Source: Chthonomonas sp. UBA2391
Lineage (GTDB): Bacteria > Armatimonadota > Fimbriimonadia > Fimbriimonadales > Fimbriimonadaceae
Assembly (NCBI GenBank): GCA_002343825.1
Contig: DDSL01000134.1
Location: 1 to 58,152, forward strand
Length of the DNA: 58,152 nt
Direction of reading: 5' to 3'
Positions within the stretch are counted from its first letter, which is position 1, and every line of letters begins with the position of its first letter. Shown here piece by piece: positions 24,860-33,800 of this stretch. The notes beneath the pieces were generated by a model. That model did not search any database. It worked only from the letters and a program-made list of their open reading frames with translations, and was not told the origin of the DNA. The position numbers and the translations under genes are program-made.

Positions 24860-26410
24860 TTAGTCGCCGCTCTTGTCGAAGTTGTCGCTGAGGATGATGT
24901 AGTCGAAGATCGTGACGCTTCCGTCCTTGTCCAGGTCGGCGCCATCGACGAAACCGCTGTCCCCGACGTTCAAGTCGAACGAACCAGAGAGCTCGATGTA
25001 GTCGAAGATCGTGACCGAGTTGTCAGCATCCACGTCGCCGTTGATCAGGGCGAAGTTGGCCGGCGAGCCGACGCTATATCCGGCCTTGAGCAGGCGGAGG
25101 TGGGTCGGAGCCTTGGCGAAGACGTCCACGCTGGAGGCGGTGATTGCCGAGTCAACCGGGAACGAGTAGGTTCCGGTCGCCGGGTCGATTGCGATGACTT
25201 CGGTTTGGGTGGTCGAGCCGTCGGTGACTTCGAAGGTCACGTTAACGAGATCGGTGCCGATGTAGCCGTTGTCGAAGGTCACGACGCCGCTAACGACTCG
25301 GGCCGCTTCGCGAACCACTTCCACGCCGCGGAAGTTGGTGTTCAGGGCCGAATTAGCGACCTGGGTGAACGCGCTGAGGGCACCGGTATCGGTGACGACA
25401 TAGACGCCCGAAGTGTTGACCAGGGCGGTACCCGAGTTCTGGTTTGCGCTCACGACATAGATGATGTTGTCGCTACCCGACTCCACCACATCGACGCTGC
25501 GAGTTCCGGCAAAGCTCGTCCCTGCTGCGTTGGTAGCCGGAAGACCGGATTGGAGTCGGTACTGGAAGTTCCACTGAGTGCCATCGAAGGTGTACTTCAG
25601 AAGGCCGCCGCCGCTTGCTTGGATGCGGTCGTCGGTCACGTAGATCGTGTTTCCGTCATCGGCAAAAGCGAAATCGTACGGAGAAGGAGTCGGAGTGTTG
25701 ACCGGATCAACCAGGTTCGGCAGAGCCGTCACGCTCTGACCCGTGACGGTCGGAAGACCAGTTCCGATGGCGGCAACGCCGTTCAGCAGGCCCGATCCGG
25801 ATCCGCCGTAGAGTTGACCGTTGAAGATGTTGATGACGCGGGTGTTGTTCACCGTCGTGGTGGGGTCATTCACCGCGATCGAGGTCGTGCCTCCCACGAG
25901 CGCGTGGCGGAAACCAGCGGTGGCTTGCAGACCCGTACCGGCGGTTCCGGCCATCCAGATGTTGGTTCCGTCGCTGACCGCCGAGCGGATGTTGTTGCCG
26001 TCATAAGCATCGGACAAAGCCGTGTAGCTAATCGTGCCATCGTTCTTGAGGACAGCCACAACGCGGTTCACCGAGGCCGAAGCGCTGGTCGCAATTCCAG
26101 TCGTCCCGAGAGCGGCATCATAACCGGCAATGGCGTAGTTGCCGAGGTAGCCAGAAATTTGGAGCGCCGAGGTGGCGGTTCCGCTGTTAACGAGTCGCGG
26201 AGCGGTGGTCGTTTCGAGCGGGAACGATTGGACAAGGACACCGGCCGTGGTGTATTCCTTGATGTAAACCTGGGTTCCGGTGCTGCTCGGAGCGGTAGCG
26301 CGTCCATCTTCGCCAACTTGGACGACCAACAGGTTGCCGGGGGTGAGCGGCGCGGCAAAGACAGCCGACGCTGCCAGAGTCAAAAGGCTAAGGCCAAGAA
26401 TCTTCTTCAT
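24860..26410 (-). CDS. secreted beta-propeller-like protein with C-terminal dockerin-like module
   Basis: Signal peptide MKKILGLSLLTLAASAVFAAP. The body is rich in T/G/S/N repeats. The C-terminal 60 aa (NGDVDADNSVTIFDYIELSGSFDL...DLDKDGSVTIFDYIILSDNFDKSGD) are 46/60 identical to the C-terminus of the 13876 gene. SD AAGAGGAG. Confidence 0.75.
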   Translation of the reverse strand: MKKILGLSLLTLAASAVFAAPLTPGNLLVVQVGEDGRATAPSSTGTQVYIKEYTTAGVLVQSFPLETTTAPRLVNSGTATSALQISGYLGNYAIAGYDAALGTTGIATSASASVNRVVAVLKNDGTISYTALSDAYDGNNIRSAVSDGTNIWMAGTAGTGLQATAGFRHALVGGTTSIAVNDPTTTVNNTRVINIFNGQLYGGSGSGLLNGVAAIGTGLPTVTGQSVTALPNLVDPVNTPTPSPYDFAFADDGNTIYVTDDRIQASGGGLLKYTFDGTQWNFQYRLQSGLPATNAAGTSFAGTRSVDVVESGSDNIIYVVSANQNSGTALVNTSGVYVVTDTGALSAFTQVANSALNTNFRGVEVVREAARVVSGVVTFDNGYIGTDLVNVTFEVTDGSTTQTEVIAIDPATGTYSFPVDSAITASSVDVFAKAPTHLRLLKAGYSVGSPANFALINGDVDADNSVTIFDYIELSGSFDLNVGDSGFVDGADLDKDGSVTIFDYIILSDNFDKSGD

Positions 26411-26473
26411 TTACTTCTTCTCCTCTTAAACGAACTTGAAAAAGTGCCTCAGCAAGTTAATCTGAGAAACTTC

Positions 26474-26526
26474 CTCGATTCCTTAACATTTTGAACTCGA
26501 ATGATTAAGAAAATGTTAAGATCGAG
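26474..26526. promoter_or_regulatory. long AT-rich inverted repeat in a divergent intergenic region
   Basis: CTCGAT-tc-CTTAACATTTT (26474-26492) pairs with AAAATGTTAAG-ATCGAG (26510-26526), about 17 bp of pairing with a 17-nt loop. It lies 64-116 nt upstream of the 26410 start codon. A second palindrome, TTGTTGT-G-ACAACAA, is at 26560-26574. Confidence 0.35.
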
Positions 26527-26680
26527 CCGGTATTCTCACCGGTATCGCGGCAAGATTTATTGTTGTGACAACAACCGCACCCTGCCGGACGTGACCCTCC
26601 GTGAGGCCATTGGGCCCGCAGAATTCATGGGTCCAGCGGCCCTATGTCACAATCAAAAGTAACTTTAGGAGTAACCCGAC

Positions 26681-27253
26681 TTGGCTATTGACACCAGCGA
26701 CTTCAAAAATGGCATTGCCATCTACATCGACGGCGACGTCTACCAGATTCTCGAGTTTCAGCACGTAAAGCCCGGCAAAGGCGGAGCCTTTGTCCGGACC
26801 AAGCTCAAGCGCCTCAAGACCGGAAACACCATCGAGAAGACCTTCCGATCCGGTGAGAAGTTTGAGGACGCCTACATGGAAAAGAGGAAGCTCCAGTTCC
26901 TCTATCGCACCGGGGATGAGCTGACCCTCATGGACCTGGAATCCTACGAGCAGTTCGAAGTCCCTGCCGCCACGGTCGGATCTGCGGCTCGATATCTGAA
27001 GGAAGAGATGGAAGTCCAGTCCCTCGTCGTCGATGGCGAAGCCCTCGGCTACGAACTCCCCAACACCGTCGAACTGCTGATCGCCGAAACCGAGCCTGGC
27101 ATCAAGGGCGACACGGCCAGCGGTGGAGCCACCAAGTCGGCCACTCTGGAGACCGGAGCGGTCGTTCAGGTGCCCTTCCACATCAATGAAGGCGATTTGG
27201 TCAAGATCGACACCCGCTCCGACGCCTATGTAGAACGCGTCAGCAAGAAGTAA
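26681..27253 (+). CDS. efp: elongation factor P
   Basis: (M)AIDTSDFKNGIAIYIDGDVYQILEFQHVKPGKGGAFVRTKLKRLKTGN is a canonical EF-P with the KPGKG loop. TTG start; AGGAG lies 10 nt upstream. Confidence 0.92.
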   Translation: MAIDTSDFKNGIAIYIDGDVYQILEFQHVKPGKGGAFVRTKLKRLKTGNTIEKTFRSGEKFEDAYMEKRKLQFLYRTGDELTLMDLESYEQFEVPAATVGSAARYLKEEMEVQSLVVDGEALGYELPNTVELLIAETEPGIKGDTASGGATKSATLETGAVVQVPFHINEGDLVKIDTRSDAYVERVSKK

Positions 27254-27274
27254 CGTCCTTTCAGAACACAAACG

Positions 27275-28360
27275 ATGTCAACTCCTCGTGGATATGGCCC
27301 CCAACGCGAGACGGGGGATCTGCTCTTTTCCTTCCTTGAGGGGTTGGCACGTTTTGTTTTTTGGACTGGGGTCCTCGGGGCGATCACTAGCACGGGTTTC
27401 TTGGTCTACTACATGGCGACCTTCGGGTCGGCGAATGAGCTGAGCATCCAGCGGCAGACCGAGATGGTTGGGCTCTTCCGCCAAGTGCTGTTGCCGGCCG
27501 TTTTTGCTGCGAGCGCGGCGGCGGCATTCCTCTTTTGGACCGAGGAGGTCCTGGGAATCCTTTTGCTCATCGCGGCGGCGTTGCTCTACGCCGCACCCTT
27601 GTGGGGTCCAGCGGCGTTCAGCGACGGACAGCTCACTCAGGGCTCCGCTCTTGCCGCCCAAGCTCTTCAGTCGGGGGGCACCGTCCTGGGCGGGGTCGCG
27701 ATCCTAGTCTTGGCGGTGGATATCGTCCAGCGTGTCCGCACCCGCATCCAACAAGGCGCCCGGAGCGATTCCCTGCGGTATGGAAAGGGCGTCAAGGAAG
27801 AACGAGACGTCAAGAACGTGCTCATGGGCAAGTGCTGGCAGCTCCCCTATTGCCGCAAGTTCGTCCGCGAACAGTGCCCGATCTACCACAGCCAGCGCAC
27901 CTGTTGGAAGGAACGAGTCGGCTGTATGTGCGAAGAGTCGGTGATCAGTAGCGCCCTGAGCGGAAAGGCAATTCCCAAGGACGCCATCGCAGCCGCTCAG
28001 TACATCCCCCGCAACAGTAAGCTCACCCCGGCCCAAAAGGCTGAGCGCTGCCGCCAGTGCATCATCTACAACGAGCACCAGCGACACAAGTACAAGATCG
28101 CCGTCCCGACGATGGTCGTCGCCATGATCGGGGCCTATCTGGCCTTCAAGCCCGCCCTGCTCGGGCTGCTTCAGGGGGCTTTTGCCAAGGCCGATCAGTT
28201 CTTGAGCATCGCCGCGCTCTCGCCCGAGGCCCAACGCCAAGCCAAGATCATGGGCGAAGTCGGATGGATTCAGGAAGTCGTCCTCATCGCTCTGATGTTT
28301 GTGGTTTTGGCCTATTTGCTCAAGCTCATTGAGTTCTTGGTCTTCCAACTCAAGATCTAG
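27275..28360 (+). CDS. polytopic membrane protein with a cytoplasmic 8-Cys cluster, hypothetical
   Basis: About 4 N-terminal and 2 C-terminal TM helices flank CWQLPYCRKFVREQCPIYHSQRTCWKERVGCMC...CRQC (Cys187, 193, 201, 210, 217, 219, 259, 262). No family recognised. It starts 21 nt after efp and ends 4 nt before the rtcA-like gene. Confidence 0.6.
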   Translation: MSTPRGYGPQRETGDLLFSFLEGLARFVFWTGVLGAITSTGFLVYYMATFGSANELSIQRQTEMVGLFRQVLLPAVFAASAAAAFLFWTEEVLGILLLIAAALLYAAPLWGPAAFSDGQLTQGSALAAQALQSGGTVLGGVAILVLAVDIVQRVRTRIQQGARSDSLRYGKGVKEERDVKNVLMGKCWQLPYCRKFVREQCPIYHSQRTCWKERVGCMCEESVISSALSGKAIPKDAIAAAQYIPRNSKLTPAQKAERCRQCIIYNEHQRHKYKIAVPTMVVAMIGAYLAFKPALLGLLQGAFAKADQFLSIAALSPEAQRQAKIMGEVGWIQEVVLIALMFVVLAYLLKLIEFLVFQLKI

Positions 28361-28364
28361 CCCC

Positions 28365-29432
28365 ATGAAGACCCAGCGAGAGCTCATCACCATCAATGGG
28401 TCCCATGGTGAAGGGGGCCCGGCGCTCTTTCGCACGGCCTTGGCCATGGCCGCATTGACCCAGCAACCGGTGAAGGTCCATCACATTCGTGGGGGAACCC
28501 GTAAGACGGGAATCCAGGCCGAAGATCTCGCCTTTATCCACGCACTCGAATCCAGCTGCGCGGCCGAACTCGAAGGGGCCGAGATCAGTTCCGACGAACT
28601 CATCTTCCGTCCCCAGCGCGTGCCCCAACCGGTCTCCCTAAAGCTCGACCACCAACTCTTTGAGCGTGGCAACCATCCAGGCAATGCGCTCATCCTCACC
28701 CACGCCTTGCTACCGGTTCTCAGCCGTGCGGGCGGGGTCTCGCGGATAACTGCGATCGGAGAGACCTATAATCCCCACGCTCTGACCTATGACAGCTTTG
28801 AGAACGTCACCCTCACGGCTCATCGGCACCAAGGCATCTATGCCTACACCCGTATGCTCCTGCCGGGCTTCGGTTATGCGGCCAAGGGTGAGGTCTCAAC
28901 AGAGATCGAACCTAGCCAGCCGAATGGCCTCCAGTGGGAGCACCGAGGCGATTTGGTCGAGGTCGGTGCGCGCATCGTTACGAGCGAACTCCCGCCAACC
29001 GTTTGCGAACGAGGTGCCGCACATTTGGAGCGTCTCGGGCACGAACACGGACTAACCATCGACGTCGATCCGATCTTGCTGGAATCTCGAACCCCGGGCG
29101 CCTTTGTGACGATCTGGGCTCAGTTCGAGCACGGGATCGGTTGCGGAACCGCCATGGGAGCCCGCGGGGTTCGGATGGAGAGCGTGGTCAACCAGGCTTT
29201 TGAGAACTTCATGGCCTGGTTCAAGAGCGACCGGGCCGTCGATCCGTTCCTCGCCGACCAACTTCTGCTTCCGGCGATCCTCGCCAAAGAACCCACCGTG
29301 ATCTCCACGAACCGGGTGACGTCGCGGCTGATCACCCTGGGATGGGTCGCCAAGCAGTTCCTCCCGATCCACGTCACCATCCTCGGGATGGAAGGCGAGC
29401 CGGGGCTGATCAAGGTTCAGCCCGTCAGTTGA
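28365..29432 (+). CDS. RNA 3'-terminal phosphate cyclase (RtcA) family protein, active-site-degenerate
   Basis: ORF 28299..29432; the start is MKTQRELITINGSHGEGGPALFRTALAMAALTQQPVKVHHIRGG at 28365. The sequence is collinear with RtcA (GxxGEGGGQxLR...IRxxRxxPGLxxQH...ADQL). However, the position of the adenylylated His (E. coli SCHLLTN) reads TSRLITL (Arg321, codon 29325-29327), and the QH block reads ED. Confidence 0.7.
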   Translation: MKTQRELITINGSHGEGGPALFRTALAMAALTQQPVKVHHIRGGTRKTGIQAEDLAFIHALESSCAAELEGAEISSDELIFRPQRVPQPVSLKLDHQLFERGNHPGNALILTHALLPVLSRAGGVSRITAIGETYNPHALTYDSFENVTLTAHRHQGIYAYTRMLLPGFGYAAKGEVSTEIEPSQPNGLQWEHRGDLVEVGARIVTSELPPTVCERGAAHLERLGHEHGLTIDVDPILLESRTPGAFVTIWAQFEHGIGCGTAMGARGVRMESVVNQAFENFMAWFKSDRAVDPFLADQLLLPAILAKEPTVISTNRVTSRLITLGWVAKQFLPIHVTILGMEGEPGLIKVQPVS

Positions 29433-30117
29433 ACTCAAGAGTGCTGGCGAGCTGCTCCAGTTCCGATGCAGATCGATCGCCCATCAGCAGAGCGACGAAC
29501 CGCCCCGACTTCCAAGTCACATAGTTCAGGGCCATGGATTGGCCTCTCTCGATGGAAGGATCGGTCGAAGTTCCGGTGTCTTGAACCAGCCACAACGCGA
29601 GCCTTCCGCGCCGGTCAACAAGGTCTAATCGGCGGACCTTCTTGCCATCGTGAATTCCCTCGGCATAGCCGGTAAGTTCCAGCTGATTCGGTGGGAGCCG
29701 CAGTCCGCTCTCACTGAGGGTTCGGTCTCCACCCGAGAGGTCAAGAGGCCGCATCCCAGCCGCCATTGCGGGAACATCGCTAGGAGTCAAGAGCTTCTCG
29801 GGATTCTTCCAATTGCTGATTCCGGCACCGACCAAGACCACGAAGAGACATGCGGCCAGTCCCCAAGCATAACGACCGATAAAGGCTTCGGCTTTCTGGT
29901 TTCGGTCCAGTTCGTTCAGGCGGTCCACGCAGATCTTCCAGGTCTCCTCACACCGAACGCCTTGACAATCCTTTTTAAGGGCTGTTCGGAGGGCCGAGTA
30001 AGAATCCACTTCAGCGCGAAAGACCGGATCGGTCTCCATTCGGCGCTGGGCTTCTGCTTTCTCCGTTTCGGTCAATCGCCCATCGGCGAGACCCTGAATC
30101 AAATCCATCACGTTCAT
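29425..30117 (-). CDS. putative anti-sigma factor (single-pass membrane protein)
   Basis: ORF 230 aa. The start overlaps the ECF sigma stop (ATGA). It has an N-terminal cytoplasmic helical region, a TM helix (YAWGLAACLFVVLVGAGI) and an extracytoplasmic domain. The assignment is based on context. Confidence 0.6.
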   Translation of the reverse strand: MNVMDLIQGLADGRLTETEKAEAQRRMETDPVFRAEVDSYSALRTALKKDCQGVRCEETWKICVDRLNELDRNQKAEAFIGRYAWGLAACLFVVLVGAGISNWKNPEKLLTPSDVPAMAAGMRPLDLSGGDRTLSESGLRLPPNQLELTGYAEGIHDGKKVRRLDLVDRRGRLALWLVQDTGTSTDPSIERGQSMALNYVTWKSGRFVALLMGDRSASELEQLASTLEFN

Positions 30118-30680
30118 TCGGAAGATCCTTGTTTGATGTAACCAGCCTCGAGCGCGAAGCGTTCCAACTCTCGGCGCAAAATCGCTCTTCCCCGTGCAAT
30201 TCGGGAGCGAACGGTGCCAATCGGGACGTTCGTCGCCTCGGCGATCTCTTCGTAGCTCAGCTCTTCGACATCGCTGAGCAAGACCGCGATCCGGAAGTCG
30301 GTGGGCACTTTGGCCAGGGCGGCTTCGACCTCACCCCCCATCAGGTGGTCGAACATCATCCGGTCGGGGACCTGGCTCAGATCGGCAGCAGGTTCGGGCG
30401 CTCCTTCCTCGTCCATCGATTGACCCAGCCCCTCGCGTTGGCGCTGTCGATAGCGGTTGATGTAGAGGTTCGTGAGGATGCGCAGCATCCACGCCTTGAA
30501 GTTCCGCCCATCGAAGCGGTCGAAGGCCTCATAGGCGCGGATGATCGCCTCTTGGGTGAGGTCCTGGGCGTCTTCCCGGTCCCGCGTCAGCCGCAGGGCC
30601 GAGCCGAAAAGTGACGGGAACACTTCTTCCGCCATCCGTTCGAAGCGATCCCTTTTTGGGTTGCGGGCGCGGAAGAGCAT
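30114..30680 (-). CDS. ECF-type RNA polymerase sigma factor
   Basis: Region 2 (DAQDLTQEAIIRAYEAFDRFDGRNFKAWMLRILTNLYINRYR) and region 4 (LSYEEIAEATNVPIGTVRSRIARGRAILRREL) are present. The start is uncertain: ATG at 30680 or 30635. The longer ORF start at 30773 would overlap a terminator hairpin. Confidence 0.85.
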   Translation of the reverse strand: MLFRARNPKRDRFERMAEEVFPSLFGSALRLTRDREDAQDLTQEAIIRAYEAFDRFDGRNFKAWMLRILTNLYINRYRQRQREGLGQSMDEEGAPEPAADLSQVPDRMMFDHLMGGEVEAALAKVPTDFRIAVLLSDVEELSYEEIAEATNVPIGTVRSRIARGRAILRRELERFALEAGYIKQGSSE

Positions 30681-30760
30681 CTTGCCAGCCGAGTCTACCA
30701 GGGCGAGTTCCCTCACCCCCACCTTCAAGTCGTTCGGACGCCTTCGGAGTTCCCGATAAG

Positions 30761-30797
30761 CCAAAAGACCCACCGAACGGATTCGTCCGATGGGTCT
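30761..30797 (-). terminator. intrinsic terminator after the tricorn-like protease gene
   Basis: On the minus strand, AGACCCA...TGGGTCT (30797-30766) forms a stem followed by TTTTGG (plus-strand ccaaaa, 30761-30766). Confidence 0.55.
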
Positions 30798-30819
30798 TTC
30801 TGGATGGAGTCTGAGGACC

Positions 30820-33800
30820 TTACTTACCAGGTCCGGTCAGCTTCGGGAAGTCCGGGCGCTTGCGCACGGGCTTGCGCTTTTCGAGGTCCTTCAGAAGGAC
30901 TTCGATGGCCTTTTCCAGCTGTGGGTCGCGGCCCTGGTTCAGCAGGTCTGGGCGGTTGTCGATCTCGATATCCGGATCCACACCCGTGTTCTCGGCGATC
31001 CACTCGCCCGTCTTGTGGTCATAGATTCCGAACTCTGGAGCGGTGAAGAAACCGCCATCGACGAGGGGAGCCGAGCCGGTAATCCCGACCAATCCACCCC
31101 ACGTTCGAGTTCCGATCAGCGGACCGGCCTTGTGCTTGCGGAACAGCCAGGGGAACATGTCCCCGCCCGATCCCGCGTACTCGTTGATCAGCATGGCGTA
31201 GGGTCCATCAAACGTTTGGACCGGGAAGCCGATGTCGATCCCGTTTCGCTGCCGGAAGAACGCCGAATAAGTTCGGTTGATCTTGTCGAAGAAGTAGGTT
31301 GGGATCATCCCGCCGCCGTTGAAGCGCTCGTCGATGATCATGGCCTCCTTATCGCTCTGGCTGTAGTAGCCTCGGATAAAGCCGATCATGCCGGGCTCGC
31401 TCGTGTCGGGCACGTGGAGGTATCCGATTCGACCGTTGCTCAGCTTTTCGACCTTGCGTCGGTTCGATTCGACCCAGTCGTAGTAGCGGATGTCGTTATC
31501 GGCGCCCACCGGTCGGACCAGGACCTCGCGAGCCCCGGTGAGGCTCGGAGTGCTGTTCACAGTCAACCGAACGGTGCGACCGACTTTGCCCATGAGCGCT
31601 TCATTCGGGTGCAAATCAGCGCCGACATCGCGACCATCGATCTGGAGGAGGTACTCGCCTTCCTTGATGTTGAGTCCAGGGCCGCTGAGCGGGCCTCGTT
31701 GAGCCCCACCCGAGAGGTCACCGCGATAGATCCGCTGGAAGGCAACTCGGCCGTTCTTGACTTCGTAGTCCGCCCCGAGCAGCCCGATGGGGACCGGAGG
31801 TCGAGCGCCGAGGATCTCTCCGCCGCCCACATAGGCATGGCCCGTTCCAAGTTCGCCGATCATCTGACCCAGCACGTAGTTGAGGTCATTTCGATGCTGC
31901 ACATAGGGCAGCATCGCCTCGTACTGCTTCTTCTTCGCGTTCCAGTCGACTCCACCAAAGTTGGGATCGTAGAACCGGTCGCGCATGTAGCGCCAGGCCT
32001 CGTTGAAGATCTGCTTCCACTCCGTCCGCGGATCGATCACGGCCTCAACCGCATCGAGCGAAATCCGTCCCTGAGTCGGCTGACCACCGGGGCCGACTGG
32101 GATTACGCCGGCGGCTCCAGGACCAGCAAAGTAACCCAGAAGGTTCTTCTTGGAGTTCAGCGTGATGTAGGAGACTCCACCGATGATGGGCACCGACTGC
32201 TTGCTGTCGAAGTCAAAGCGGACAAGGGCGCCGTCGACAAAGGTCATGACCCCGTTGTTCACCCCGATCAGCTCGAAGTAGTTGCCGTCCGGCCAAGGCA
32301 GAGCGAACATGCGCTCGGAAAGACCGTCAAAGTCGATCTTGAGTTCCTTGGGTTCTTCCTTCTTGGGCTCTTCCTTCTTGGCTTCTTCTGGTTGTGCAGC
32401 CGGAGCGGCGGTCGCCGGAGGAGCGGCCTGGGCCAATGGTTCTTCGTCGTCTAGAGCGGCAAACTGAGCCTCGGTGCTGGCACCCGCTTTCTTCGTCTCC
32501 GGCTCTTCATCCGAGGCCGGGGTCAGCGGATTGGCAAGGTCCTTGGTCAGAGGGATTGCGTAGACGCGTTGCGCATTCGCGAAGTTCAGGCTGTATTCAA
32601 ATGCTCCCGGCTGCGGGTTGAAGCTGCGCTGGGAAACGATGTAGAGGTATTTGCCGTTCAGGTCGAAGGCGACTTGGCTATCGCTATAGAAGCCTTCGGT
32701 GATCTGGGTCGTCTTGCCGTCTCGGACTCGGTACAGGGCCACGGCGCTTTGCAGATTAGGAAGCGCCTTGGCGTAGACCAGGTAGCTACCATCCGGAGCC
32801 CAATCGTATTCCGTCACCGGGCCCAGCGGCTCTTGAACGACCTGCGTGACCTTCTTGCTCTCGACATCCATGATCAGAAGCCGATTGTCCAAGGTCGAGA
32901 TCGAGATCTTCTTTCCGTCGGGTGAGTATCGGTAGTCGACGATCTTGTACTGACCACCCCGGGTGAGTTGCTCCATCTTCCCGCCGCGTTGGGGGATCAG
33001 GTAGAGCTCGTACTCGCCGGTGGCATCGCTCATGACGAGGATGGACTGGCCGTCAGGAGACCAAACTGGATTGCGCTCCCGCGCCGACGGAGTATTGGTC
33101 AGGTTACGCGTTTCGCCATTCTTAGCCGGAACGCTGAAGATCTCGCCTCGGGCTTCGACCGCGACGCGCTTACCGCTCGGCGAGACGGTCATGTTGTTCG
33201 TGAACTGAGCCAGTCGTCGCATCTGCGGTCGCACATGGTTCAGGTCGCTCACGATCCTCGGCTTGATTCGAGAGATCGCCTTGCTGGCGATGTTCATTGC
33301 ATAGAGGCCGCCATCCCGCTCAAAGACGACGGTCTTGCCGTCGGTGCTCGGCATCCGGACGTCCGCGTCGTCGAAGTTGGTGAGTTGGGTGACCCGCTTG
33401 TTCCCTACGCTATACGAGTACAGGTTCACGGTGCCGGCGTTCTTGTCACTGGCAAAGATCACCTGATCCCCGACCCAAAGCGGGAACCAGTTGTTCTCGC
33501 GGCCGTGGGGGATCTCGCTGTACTCGTTGGTCTTGATGTTATAGAAGCTGACCACGCCCTGGGTACCGCCCCGGTAGCGCCGCCAGTTAAAGCCGAACGA
33601 AGCGTTGCGGTTGTAGGCGACGATCGAACCGTCCGGCGACATGCTGCCGTTGGCGATCTCCCGAATCGGAGTTCCCGTCGGTAGCCCGCCATTCGGGCTA
33701 TAGAGCCAGAGGCGATCGCTGAACGGCGTGTTCTGGTCGCCGTTGGCCACCATGATCTTTCCGTCCGGGGTCCAGCCGAGGACGAGATCGGGGTCGGCGG

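Noticed and set aside
24800-26494. A 564-aa plus-strand ORF, the longest in this region
   Set aside because: It is entirely antisense to the 516-aa secreted protein gene (24860-26410). Its translation is an Arg/Gly/Asp/Val-rich sequence with no signal peptide or motifs, which is typical of a shadow ORF in GC-rich DNA. The minus-strand gene has a signal peptide, an SD and a conserved dockerin-like tail.
30700-30755. ECF-type autoregulatory promoter (GGAAC-N15/16-CGAC/CGGC) upstream of the ECF sigma gene
   Set aside because: Two GGAAC motifs are present, but the downstream -10-like elements (CGAC, CGGC) and their spacing do not match the usual GGAAC-N16-17-CGT(C/T) well enough. The sigma start codon is also uncertain.
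30790-32454. A 554-aa plus-strand ORF opposite the tricorn-like protease
   Set aside because: It is an antisense shadow ORF with low-complexity composition and no recognisable motifs, while the minus-strand frame carries clear tricorn/S41 motifs. I rejected these other ORFs for the same reason: 46382-47605 (opposite ftsZ), 47602-48618 (opposite the sugar dehydrogenase), 49115-49948 (opposite pspA), 50077-51012, 51873-53063, 54199-55572 (opposite degT), 9668-10099 (opposite hisB), 11067-11714 (opposite hisA), 16488-17351 and 18151-18780.
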